Shown here piece after piece: positions 39,618 to 49,208 of a stretch of 64,000 nt of DNA (position 1 is the stretch's first letter; each line of letters starts with the position of its first letter). The translations under genes and the position numbers were made by a program. This DNA comes from a virus (lineage: Duplodnaviria > Caudoviricetes), in the IMG/VR virus record IMGVR_UViG_2872355237_000003, one strand, 5' to 3'. The notes below the pieces were generated by a model. It worked only from the letters and a program-made list of their open reading frames with translations. It did no database searches and was not told the origin of the DNA.

Positions 39618-41888
39618 ATGATAATACAATCAGAAGTTAGCGAAGCAATTAGAGAATATTATATGCCATATGCCATGAAAGTTATTACGGATAGAGCTTT
39701 ACCAGATGTTAGGGATGGATTAAAACCTATAGCAAGACGTATATTATGGACAATGTGGAACAACGGATTATTACATAATAAACCTAGAGCCAAATGTGGT
39801 AAAGTTGTGGGGGATATTTTAAAAATACATAATCACGGAGATTCTTCTGTCTATAATGCATTATCGTTATTAACAGATCAAAATGAAAGTTTATTACAAG
39901 GTTTTATTGATGGTGAGGGAGCTTTTGGGAAAATATACTCCAAAGATTCTCCTTCTGCCATGAGATATACATCAGCTAGGCTTAATAAATTTTCACAAGA
40001 AATGTTTAAAAATATCGATAAAGACATAGTTAAATTTATTGGTGAAGATAAGGAGCATTTACAGCCATTATGTTTACCAAATACATTTCCTAATATTTTG
40101 ATTAAACCTAATAGTGGGGTTGCCGTTGGTGAAGCATGTAATTGGTGTAGTTTTAATTTAGTAGAAGTATGTAATTTGACTCAAGAGTATATTAAAAATA
40201 ATAATATTAATGTTATAGACTATTTAACTGCTCCAGATTTCAGTACGGGTGGTTATATAATAACAAGTAATTTTGATCTAAATAAAATCTACGAAACAGG
40301 AAGAGGTAGTTTTAGGTTACAAGCTAAGTATAAATATAATGAGAAAGAAAATACCATTGAGGTATATGAAATTCCATACAACACTACGGTAGAAGATATT
40401 AAAAAAGAAATTACCAATCTTATGAAATCTGACAGATTAAAAGAGGTTAAAGATGTAAAAGATGGAACAGGATATAATACAAAATTAAAAAAGGAAGAAA
40501 TGGGGGTTATAATAGAAATTAAAAACAATGTGAATCCTAATAGATTAATGAAAAAACTATTTAAATATACATCATTAAATAAATCATTCAATTGTAATTT
40601 CAATTGTTTAGTAAATTATAGACCTCAAGTATTAGGTATTAAGCAAATATTAAATGAATGGCTTAAATTTAGAATTGAGTGTGTTAAAGAATCTATTAAA
40701 TACGATCTCAACAATAAAATAAAATTATTACACTTCTTAAAAGGCTTAGAAAAAGTATTATTAAATATTGATAAAGCTGTAGAAATTATTAGATATTCTA
40801 AAACAGATAGCTTAATTATTAATAATCTAAGAAAAGAATTCAATATAGATGAACAGCAAGCTAATGATATAGCTAATATGAAATTAAAAAATATCAATGA
40901 ACAATATATTAATAATAAAGTTCAATCTATATTAGAGATACAAAAAGAACATGATAAATTAAAAGGTTTATTACAATCAGAAAAAGATATTCAAAATATT
41001 ATTATTGATGAGCTTGAAAAAGTAAAGAATAACTACGGTAAAGCGAGAAAAACAGAGCTTTTAAATAAACATGAAATAGAAGATACATCTCACGAGGATT
41101 TAGTAGAAGACTTCAATCCTACTATAGTTCTTACAGAACAACAATACATAAAGAAAAATAGAGTCTTTTCACAATCTCAAAAATTAAAGGATGATGATAA
41201 AATACTACAATTCCATCAATGCAATAATAAAGATGATTTATTATTATTCACTAATAAGGGCAATGTATTAATTCGTAAAGTATATGAATTAGATGAACAT
41301 AAGCCATCTACATACGGAGATTTCTTACCTAATCTATTAGGTGAACATCTTGAAAATGATGAAAAAGTAATTTACATATCAACTACTAAAGATTACAAGG
41401 GATCGGTTATCTCAGTATTTGAAAATGGATATATTGCTAGAACGGATTTACAAACATACAAACCTAAACAAAACAGACAAATTCCAATGAGTGCATACAA
41501 TACTGATATTGGAATAGTATCTATCCAACTAATAACCAATGATACAGATATACTTCTAGTATCACAAGAGGGTAAAGCATTAATTATCAATACTTCTCAA
41601 ATCAGACCTACTAAATCAAGAAATACTCAAGGCGTATCTGGAATGAAAATTGATACCGAAACTAATAAAATAATAGCTTCAATTATAGGTGTAACGGTAG
41701 ATGATAATTTTAATATCGAAACTGAAAAAGGTAAATCTAAGTTTATTATGCTTAACGATATAGCTCCAAATAATAAGGAATCCATGACAGATTATTTAAA
41801 AGGTAATAGAAATACTCAAGGTAATTTCATATATAATACAAGGCAAAAGAATGACAGAGTAATTAAATTAACAAAGCAAGAGAATTAA
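39618..41888 (+). CDS. type IIA topoisomerase subunit A (GyrA/ParC-like)
   Basis: RALPDVRDGLKP.RR, HGDSSVY, catalytic AMRYT and PDF.TGG; pinwheel-like C-terminal domain. Confidence 0.93.
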   Translation: MIIQSEVSEAIREYYMPYAMKVITDRALPDVRDGLKPIARRILWTMWNNGLLHNKPRAKCGKVVGDILKIHNHGDSSVYNALSLLTDQNESLLQGFIDGEGAFGKIYSKDSPSAMRYTSARLNKFSQEMFKNIDKDIVKFIGEDKEHLQPLCLPNTFPNILIKPNSGVAVGEACNWCSFNLVEVCNLTQEYIKNNNINVIDYLTAPDFSTGGYIITSNFDLNKIYETGRGSFRLQAKYKYNEKENTIEVYEIPYNTTVEDIKKEITNLMKSDRLKEVKDVKDGTGYNTKLKKEEMGVIIEIKNNVNPNRLMKKLFKYTSLNKSFNCNFNCLVNYRPQVLGIKQILNEWLKFRIECVKESIKYDLNNKIKLLHFLKGLEKVLLNIDKAVEIIRYSKTDSLIINNLRKEFNIDEQQANDIANMKLKNINEQYINNKVQSILEIQKEHDKLKGLLQSEKDIQNIIIDELEKVKNNYGKARKTELLNKHEIEDTSHEDLVEDFNPTIVLTEQQYIKKNRVFSQSQKLKDDDKILQFHQCNNKDDLLLFTNKGNVLIRKVYELDEHKPSTYGDFLPNLLGEHLENDEKVIYISTTKDYKGSVISVFENGYIARTDLQTYKPKQNRQIPMSAYNTDIGIVSIQLITNDTDILLVSQEGKALIINTSQIRPTKSRNTQGVSGMKIDTETNKIIASIIGVTVDDNFNIETEKGKSKFIMLNDIAPNNKESMTDYLKGNRNTQGNFIYNTRQKNDRVIKLTKQEN

Positions 41889-42002
41889 TAAAATAAAATT
41901 AAAATATATATTTAATTAATGTGAAATTAGTTCTACAAAAAATAAAAAATCCCCTATACAATAAAAATCATTATATAGGGGATGAAAGGTGGTTTATAAG
42001 TA

Positions 42003-42674
42003 ATGGAAAACATAAATATACATAATAAAAATTTAGAAATAATATGTGATATGGATGATGTATTAGTTAATCTATCTGAATTTGTAGTTAATCAATATAA
42101 TAAAGACTTTGATGATAATATGAATTGGCAAGATAATAAATCTTATTGGTGGGGAGATTGCAAAAAAGCACCTAAGTCATATTTTGAACAATTACTACTT
42201 AAAAAGGAAACTTTTATTAATCCCAAACCAACAGAAAATTCAATTAAAACTTTAAATAAGCTACATGAGGAAGGATTTAAAATAATATTCTGCACCTACC
42301 CACAGTATAATTCTGATTATTGTATAAAAGAAAAGATACAATGGCTACAACAGTATTTTAAATGGTTTAATATTGATGAGAACTTAGTATTTACTCATAA
42401 CAAAGGATTGTTAGCCAAATCAAATAGAATATTACTTGATGATAATTTAGATCATATATTTTCTTTTATAAATAATGGAGGAATAGGCTGTATATTTAAT
42501 CAAAATTGGAATGGAAATGTGGGAAACAGAAGATTCATAGGATATAGAATTACTAGGTTTGAAGAGTTTTATACTGTAGTTCATAATTTAGAAAATGAAT
42601 TAGTAGCGAAGAAAAATTATGAGACCAATGTACTAAAAGAAATTAGTTTTCATAATAAGTATTATGTTAAGTAA
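42003..42674 (+). CDS. 5'(3')-deoxyribonucleotidase (HAD, NT5C-like)
   Basis: DMDDVL, EKIQWL, K, LLDD and WN motifs. Confidence 0.85.
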   Translation: MENINIHNKNLEIICDMDDVLVNLSEFVVNQYNKDFDDNMNWQDNKSYWWGDCKKAPKSYFEQLLLKKETFINPKPTENSIKTLNKLHEEGFKIIFCTYPQYNSDYCIKEKIQWLQQYFKWFNIDENLVFTHNKGLLAKSNRILLDDNLDHIFSFINNGGIGCIFNQNWNGNVGNRRFIGYRITRFEEFYTVVHNLENELVAKKNYETNVLKEISFHNKYYVK

Positions 42675-42743
42675 ATTTACAATGTAAACTTTACGTTGAC
42701 ATGTGTTATTTAATATTTAATTTAAAAGGAGTGTTGCTTTATC

Positions 42744-43193
42744 ATTGATAATAAAAACCAAAAACAATATATATTAACCATAGATAATAAATTATTGCAA
42801 GAATATGAGGGGTATTATTTTAAAAAACATCCTAGAGCAAGAAATAAGCCATTTAAAAGTCCAATTCATCCGTCTATAAATGTATGGGCTATTAATAGAA
42901 TGACCATGAGAAATATGAAAAGTAAATGGAAAGAGTTTGGATTGTGGTTGGTTAATAAACTAGGATATGAGAATTTACATATAGAGAAATTTCAAATTAC
43001 AATGAAGAACTATTATGGAAATAGAAGACGTAGAGATAATGACAACCAAAGTCCAAAGTTCCTATTAGATCCACTAGTTGAAAGTGGTATGCTAGTTGAC
43101 GATGATTACAAACATCTAAATCCTTTAATTATAATGGGAGGCTATGATAAAGAAAATCCTAGAATGGAAATTATTGTTGATATATTAGAATAA
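42744..43193 (+). CDS. rusA: RusA-like Holliday junction resolvase
   Basis: RRRDNDN..K..LD.L...G...DDD and PRMEI motifs. The frame is open upstream of TTG 42795 to an ATC/ATT after RBS AAGGAGTG, so the start is uncertain. Confidence 0.75.
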   Translation: MDNKNQKQYILTIDNKLLQEYEGYYFKKHPRARNKPFKSPIHPSINVWAINRMTMRNMKSKWKEFGLWLVNKLGYENLHIEKFQITMKNYYGNRRRRDNDNQSPKFLLDPLVESGMLVDDDYKHLNPLIIMGGYDKENPRMEIIVDILE

Positions 43194-43247
43194 GTTTGGT
43201 ATTATACATATATAAGGGACTTTTTATTAACTATTTTATAGACTTAG

Positions 43248-43274
43248 AGAACTAGACTTATGCTAGTTCTCTTT
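43248..43274. terminator. terminator at the convergence of the + and - strand modules
   Basis: AGAGAACTAG acttatg CTAGTTCTCT followed by TTTT. Confidence 0.65.
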
Positions 43275-43472
43275 TTCTATGTATCTGTTTATTAACTCAA
43301 TTGTAGATAAAATCCCTCTTTTATATCCTTGCATCCAATTATAAGTATACTCATTATGTAACATATCTTCAGTATAATTCTCTTTTTCTAATTCTTTAAT
43401 TAAATATGTAAGCAAATTTTGCTTATTAATCATATTGTTGCTCAATTTGTTATCACCCCCTATTTGTTTCAT
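43263..43472 (-). CDS. small hypothetical protein
   Basis: ORF directly downstream of the XhlA-like gene; start uncertain. Confidence 0.45.
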   Translation of the reverse strand: MKQIGGDNKLSNNMINKQNLLTYLIKELEKENYTEDMLHNEYTYNWMQGYKRGILSTIELINRYIEKEN

Positions 43473-43478
43473 TTATGG

Positions 43479-43847
43479 TTATTTAGTAAAGAAGTATTGT
43501 GCAATCATAACTCCTATACCAATAATAGTTCCTACAATACCCCAGAATTCCTTTCTATCTGTAAGTTTAATATTGTTATCAGTGTTAATGGTAGATTTAA
43601 ATGTAGAGGTTAGAGTATCTGTCACCTTAGTCATCATCAATTCAGATGTTTTGCGATTCTCTTTTTGGGTTTCATACATTAAATTTTTTAATTCTATTTG
43701 ACCTTTAGAAATTTCATTTAGTTGTAACTCCATTCTAATTTTATTTTCTTCTAATTGACGAATCCTAAGTTCGTGATCCTTAATTGCACTTTTATTATTT
43801 TCGATGTCATCTTGGGTTCTTTGTTGCCATAATTCTTCACTATTCAT
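43479..43847 (-). CDS. XhlA/holin-like protein
   Basis: Coiled coil DHELRIRQLE followed by a single C-terminal TM helix FWGIVGTIIGIGVMIA; RBS GGAGG. Confidence 0.6.
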   Translation of the reverse strand: MNSEELWQQRTQDDIENNKSAIKDHELRIRQLEENKIRMELQLNEISKGQIELKNLMYETQKENRKTSELMMTKVTDTLTSTFKSTINTDNNIKLTDRKEFWGIVGTIIGIGVMIAQYFFTK

Positions 43848-43899
43848 TATAAAGCCTCCTTTCTTTGTTATGATTTTTAATTTATTTTATAATACAGTG

Positions 43900-44853
43900 T
43901 TAAATAATTTCATATTTATCCTTTTCATTAATCATTTTTTGCGTGTCTTCCTTAATATAAAATTTCTTAGTAACATCTAAGCCTTCATGGTGGAGCAACG
44001 AAGATACTCTTTCTATTGGCATACCCGCATTTTTTAATAAAGTAGCTCCTGAGTGTCTCCAGTCATGGCAATGTAAAGTTGGCACACCTATCATTTCTCC
44101 GACTTTTTTAGTCCATTTACTTAAGGTTGATGTATTAACCTTAGAGTATTCTTTATTATATTTTGATATAAATACATATTCACTTTCTACATCATTTTCC
44201 TTTCTTATACTTTGTAATCGTAACAACAATTCTTTAACTTCTTTATTAAAATATAGGTCAACAATCTTCCCTTCTTTTTCAAGAACATCACTAATAATTC
44301 TGTTTTCAAAGTCAATTTGCTCCCATTTTGTATTGGATATTGCGTTAACTCTTGCCATTGTAGATAAACTTAATAATACATAAGTTTCAAGTTGTAAATC
44401 TCCATATTCTTTTAACTTACTTTTTATTTGTTCAACTTGATCTTTGGTTAAAAATGTTTGAGTTACAACATCGGTATCTTTTCTCGGTCTATCGATAAAT
44501 TCCATAGGATTCTCTTTGATTATTCTTTTCTTTCTTAAAAATTTATAGAAAGCTGATATTGAAGCCATTCTTCTTTTCATACGTCTGCTATTATTACCTT
44601 GTTGTTTACAGAAGTATAAGAATTCCATAATATCATCTTCATTTAATTCGGTAATACATTGGTTGAATTGTTTATCTAATACATAAGTAAACCAATTATA
44701 TAAATCCATTTCATAATTATAAATAGTTTTTTCACTTAATTCACGAATAGACATATCTATTTTGTACTTATTTAAATATTTCATAGTATCTGTGTTAAAT
44801 CCCTTAATTTTGTCCTCATTATAAAAATTGATTTTTTTACTTCTTTGTGCCAT
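43900..44853 (-). CDS. tyrosine recombinase (XerC/D-like) 1
   Basis: N-terminal LSEKTI.NY..DL; catalytic R (TMARVNA), K, HDWRH, H and Y (TKKFY). Confidence 0.9.
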   Translation of the reverse strand: MAQRSKKINFYNEDKIKGFNTDTMKYLNKYKIDMSIRELSEKTIYNYEMDLYNWFTYVLDKQFNQCITELNEDDIMEFLYFCKQQGNNSRRMKRRMASISAFYKFLRKKRIIKENPMEFIDRPRKDTDVVTQTFLTKDQVEQIKSKLKEYGDLQLETYVLLSLSTMARVNAISNTKWEQIDFENRIISDVLEKEGKIVDLYFNKEVKELLLRLQSIRKENDVESEYVFISKYNKEYSKVNTSTLSKWTKKVGEMIGVPTLHCHDWRHSGATLLKNAGMPIERVSSLLHHEGLDVTKKFYIKEDTQKMINEKDKYEII

Positions 44854-44885
44854 TATTTAATCACTCCTTAATATTTTTAGTTGTT

Positions 44886-45104
44886 CTATTTTAATTTATT
44901 ATCATTATTAAATCTTGGATTATTTCTTTTCCGTTCTTTTAAATCTTGTTCTAGTACAAAATCATTTACAAATACCCAAAATGCTTTATGATTTATAGGA
45001 TGTAACCCTTTGAATAAGAATTTATGCCCTTTAGATTTTAAATAATGTTTTTGATTTTTACTAAAACATATATAAACTAATTTATATTGCATTGTAATCA
45101 CCAT
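44886..45104 (-). CDS. small phage protein
   Basis: 72-aa ORF between the two recombinases. Confidence 0.55.
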   Translation of the reverse strand: MVITMQYKLVYICFSKNQKHYLKSKGHKFLFKGLHPINHKAFWVFVNDFVLEQDLKERKRNNPRFNNDNKLK

Positions 45105-45165
45105 CCTCTTATTTCAATTACTTTTTAATTTATTTTCCATATGTTTATTGTTTTTACACAATAAA

Positions 45166-45192
45166 AAAGAATAGCATTTAAGCTATTCTAAA
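45166..45192 (-). terminator. terminator after recombinase 2
   Basis: AGAATAGC attta AGCTATTCT region with an adjacent A-run (U-tail on the minus strand). Confidence 0.5.
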
Positions 45193-46006
45193 ATTGATTT
45201 ATTACATCTAATAATTGTTTTTTACTTCTTCGAGTATATATATTTGTTGTTAAGATAGAGGCATGACCTGCTAAATCTTTTACTACATCTATTGGTATTC
45301 CTCTATCAACTAAATTCATACAAAATAGATGTCTAAATGCATGATTATATACCTTATCTGTCTTTACTTTAGCCTTTCCACCATATTTTTTTACCATGTT
45401 TAAAGCAGTAAATCTACTGATTCCACCTCTTTGACCTGTAAATAATTTATCACTATTATTTACTCTAACAGTCATGTAATCTATCCATATTCTTTGTAGT
45501 TTTTTAGGAATTAACACTGTTCTATACTTTTTACCCTTCCCGAGTATTCTAATACTATCTTCATCAATGTCTCTTACTAATACTGAGATAGCTTCGCTAA
45601 CTCTCATACCCGTATAGTATAATGTACATATAAATGCTTTAGCCCTTAAATCACGTGCTTTATCAGCTTCTTTTATCATTCTCATAGCTTCACTATTAGT
45701 CAGTATGTCATCTAAAAATCCTTGATCTTGAATCTTTATCATTTTGATATTAACATCATTAATATGTATAAAGTCTAAGTATTTTCTAATAGCTACTATA
45801 TTTTTATTTACTGTCTTAGGGGATAGCTGTAATCCTTCTAATAAATAGTCTTTAAATTTCCTTAATTCAATTGTATTTACTTCTAATTTATTTTTTTGAA
45901 AATATTCTATAAATCTTTTAATATCATTTTTATAAGTATAAATAGTTTTTTCACCTTTATCTTCTTGATATAAGTATTCAATAAATTCATCTAACTTTTT
46001 TATCAT
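45188..46006 (-). CDS. tyrosine recombinase (TnpI/Xer-like) 2
   Basis: TGMRVSE, GKGKKYR, HAFRH and LAGH..ILTT.IY motifs; 272 aa. Confidence 0.92.
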   Translation of the reverse strand: MIKKLDEFIEYLYQEDKGEKTIYTYKNDIKRFIEYFQKNKLEVNTIELRKFKDYLLEGLQLSPKTVNKNIVAIRKYLDFIHINDVNIKMIKIQDQGFLDDILTNSEAMRMIKEADKARDLRAKAFICTLYYTGMRVSEAISVLVRDIDEDSIRILGKGKKYRTVLIPKKLQRIWIDYMTVRVNNSDKLFTGQRGGISRFTALNMVKKYGGKAKVKTDKVYNHAFRHLFCMNLVDRGIPIDVVKDLAGHASILTTNIYTRRSKKQLLDVINQF

Positions 46007-46070
46007 AATCTTAAAACTCCTTCAATAGACTCAAACCTTTGATATTAGTATATCATAAGCTTGTCTAAAG

Positions 46071-46099
46071 ATTCAACAGAATTGTATATTCTGTTGAAT
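46071..46099. repeat. candidate recombination core site (12-bp perfect inverted arms)
   Basis: ATTCAACAGAAT tgtat ATTCTGTTGAAT, about 65 bp upstream of recombinase 2. Confidence 0.6.
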
Positions 46100-47056
46100 G
46101 ATTGTAAAGTTTTGCTTATTACAACAATATTAAAAACAACAATTTGAAAAGGTGTTTATTAAATATCAATTTATACAATTTTATAATTTTCAAAATAAAA
46201 GTTACTTAATAATTACACTATTAAATTATTTTAAAATTTAAATTTTTAATATAATGCGTTTTAGGATTTTTATAAAAATAGCGTACATTTTTTAAAATAT
46301 ACACATAAGAACTAAAGTATACTATTAATTTTTGCTAAAGACTTCTTTTTGCAATTCAAAAATACACCAAATATAACTTCACTATAATTAATATTGTATA
46401 TTAAATTTGTGAAAATTATTCTTTTAAATGATAAATTTGTAATATTTATTAGAATTATAGTATAATATATGAGTCTAATCTATTTAGAAAGGGGGAGAGT
46501 GTTTAAATGAGTACAATTGACCTTATAGGATTAATAGGTTCTATAATAACTATTGCAACATTTATTTCATCTATGTTTTTAAAATCAAATAGTAATGCTA
46601 ACTTTAAGGTTAATTCTAATTTTAATAAAAGTCTTAATTCTAATTCTTTTAATAAAACCATAAATACTTATAATTATTCAGTGGAGTATAAAAATAATTT
46701 TAATACTCCTAAAAATAATAATGAAGATAGCATGAAAATATTTTGTGTTGTATTTTTAATCTGTGGTGGGTTCTTAATAAAATTTTATTTGGATTATAAA
46801 AGCACCATTATTGGCTATCTAATTTTATTATGCATACTTTGTTTTATAATCAATATATTATTGGTTATATATTCTATAAAAAAATTTACAGTAAGTACTT
46901 TTTGTATTTTTAATAATTTATTTAAATGGTTCTTTATGTTTATTAATTTTATATTTATTAATCATCCTTATTATTATTCTTCTACTTTAGAAAAAACGCA
47001 AAGAATGATTATGAATAAACATAATTTTATTGAAATATTTTTAAACAATACTAGTG

Positions 47057-47245
47057 CTGAATACTCTGCACAAGCTAAAGCTTGGCAGGTTCTACTTCTA
47101 TCAATTCTCTTTTTAACTCTCACTTAATTACAAAATTAAGCTACAACATTTAAACTATTAAATTGATTATCTATAGACTTTCTTGCCAATAGTTGCAACC
47201 AACTAATTAACGACAAAGGCACGATTCTAATACCTTATTTTATAT
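47057..47245 (-). ncRNA. putative TnpB omega/reRNA scaffold
   Basis: About 190 nt between the tnpB stop and the right end, including the terminal hairpin; inferred from known TnpB biology, not folded computationally. Confidence 0.5.
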
Positions 47246-48715
47246 CTATATTCCCATACTACTTAATAATCTATTTTTACAATTTTTTAATCTTATTATT
47301 TCTATATCATGCAATTTTTTAAAACTATCAAATTCATCTAATAATTTATCTTTATTTACTTTATCTAAATTAAGTTTTTCATCTATAATAACATTTTTAA
47401 TAATTAAAGCACTCATTAAATCTCTTTGTATCTGAATTTCTTGCTCATTTATTTTAAACACATTCCATCTTTCACTCAAAGATTTTTTAATATATTCATT
47501 TGTAAAGGGATTATATTGACTTGCCTTTATTTTATAAGTATCTATTTTAAACAACCCTAAATTATGATATTTGAGCTTCCTATTAATTATATCAAGTAAC
47601 ATACTAGGTGCTTTATTTGCTAAAGACTTACCGAATCTTTTCTTTTTATTAAATCTACCCGTTTTCTCATTTATGGTAGTTTCTTTTGCTCTAGCCTGTA
47701 ACCCATTATAATTCATAGTTTCTACTTTAATGATACTACCTAATGATAATATATAATTAGCCATTTTTTCATGTTTTTGTTTTCTTATACTGGCTAATCT
47801 ACTTTGCATATCTCTTAACTTTGCTTTAGTTTTTAAATAATTATTACTATTAATCCATCTATCTCTATTTCCCTTTTTAAAAGTGCCATCTTCATTATAT
47901 TTATTAGGATTATTAGCACGTCTCTGTCTATCTAATTTCTTATTTAATAAACTTTTATGCTTTTCTATATTTTGAATATCCTCTGCTAATTCTAATAATT
48001 TAACATCTTTATCGGAACATATGGCTATAGTTTGAGTACCTATATCCAAACCTACCTCACCTGCTCCTAATGTATGTTTTATAGGTGGTATTCCTTCTAA
48101 TATTAATTGAACATAATATCTAATTGAATTACCTTTGTGTTTTTTGATTATTCTACAAAACTTAACTCTATCTTGAATACATTTTTGTGCATAAGTATAA
48201 TTTTTTCTTATAATTACAGGTAATTTTAATTTACTAAAGTATATAAATCCATCTCTATATCTTATTCCTTGTCTATTATTAAGTCCTTCTATAGAATACA
48301 TTTCATTATATTTAATAAAATTAACTCTTTTAGCTTCACCAAACCTCATTCTATCAATAGATTTAATCGCTCTTGCCGATAATGCTTGTACTGTATTAGC
48401 ATCTATATTTTTAAATTCATTTACCCTTAATGAGGTGGAATATTTGTTTAAATCAAAATTACTAAACTTATATTTTAATTGTGCTTCTTTGAATAGTTTA
48501 TTTTTATTCATCTTCTTAGTTTCTTTTCTTTCTTGTTGATACATTTTAGATTCTCTCATTAATCTAAATCTTTTTAATCCTTCGCCTAATAAAGCATTAT
48601 ATAACTTTCTTGATAATTCAAAGTATGTATTTAATGCACTTATATCAGATTTAGTAGTCCCTAATCTCAAAGTTAAAACATAACTTGGTGTTTTTGATTT
48701 AGTCACAGTATTCAC
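47246..48715 (-). CDS. tnpB: TnpB RNA-guided endonuclease
   Basis: RuvC-I GLDIG, RuvC-II KVE and RuvC-III QRDLMSA. Confidence 0.9.
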   Translation of the reverse strand: MNTVTKSKTPSYVLTLRLGTTKSDISALNTYFELSRKLYNALLGEGLKRFRLMRESKMYQQERKETKKMNKNKLFKEAQLKYKFSNFDLNKYSTSLRVNEFKNIDANTVQALSARAIKSIDRMRFGEAKRVNFIKYNEMYSIEGLNNRQGIRYRDGFIYFSKLKLPVIIRKNYTYAQKCIQDRVKFCRIIKKHKGNSIRYYVQLILEGIPPIKHTLGAGEVGLDIGTQTIAICSDKDVKLLELAEDIQNIEKHKSLLNKKLDRQRRANNPNKYNEDGTFKKGNRDRWINSNNYLKTKAKLRDMQSRLASIRKQKHEKMANYILSLGSIIKVETMNYNGLQARAKETTINEKTGRFNKKKRFGKSLANKAPSMLLDIINRKLKYHNLGLFKIDTYKIKASQYNPFTNEYIKKSLSERWNVFKINEQEIQIQRDLMSALIIKNVIIDEKLNLDKVNKDKLLDEFDSFKKLHDIEIIRLKNCKNRLLSSMGI

Positions 48716-48788
48716 CTCTCTTTTAATGAATTTATATCATATACATATATTATCATATTTATTACAATTTTTCAAGCATTTTTTTAAT

Positions 48789-49208
48789 TTATTTTCCTTG
48801 GTTTTCAATATATCTTTTAACAACATCTAAACTTACACTACCTACAGTTGCTACAAAAGTGGACCTACTCCAAAACTTTCCTCCCCATAAATATCTCTTC
48901 TTTATAAAAGGAAATTCTTCAAATAATTTATAACCACTAATCCCTTTAATTAATTGCACGCATTTCATTACTCCATATCTTGGATTGCAATTTATAATCA
49001 TATGGACATGATCTTTATCAGTTTCAATTTCTTCAATTAAAAAATCATGTATTTTTGCAATTTCATAACATATTTCTTTTAACCTATTAGCTACATTACT
49101 TAATAAAATTGAACGACGATATTTCGGACAAAATACCACATGATAACAGCATCTATAAACTAAATGCGATGAAGAATAATATTTATTATTTTCTCTATAG
49201 TGTTTCAT
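48789..49208 (-). CDS. tnpA: IS200/IS605 Y1 HUH transposase
   Basis: YHVVFCPKYRR, DHVH, KG.S, FWSRS and YIENQ motifs. Confidence 0.95.
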   Translation of the reverse strand: MKHYRENNKYYSSSHLVYRCCYHVVFCPKYRRSILLSNVANRLKEICYEIAKIHDFLIEEIETDKDHVHMIINCNPRYGVMKCVQLIKGISGYKLFEEFPFIKKRYLWGGKFWSRSTFVATVGSVSLDVVKRYIENQGK

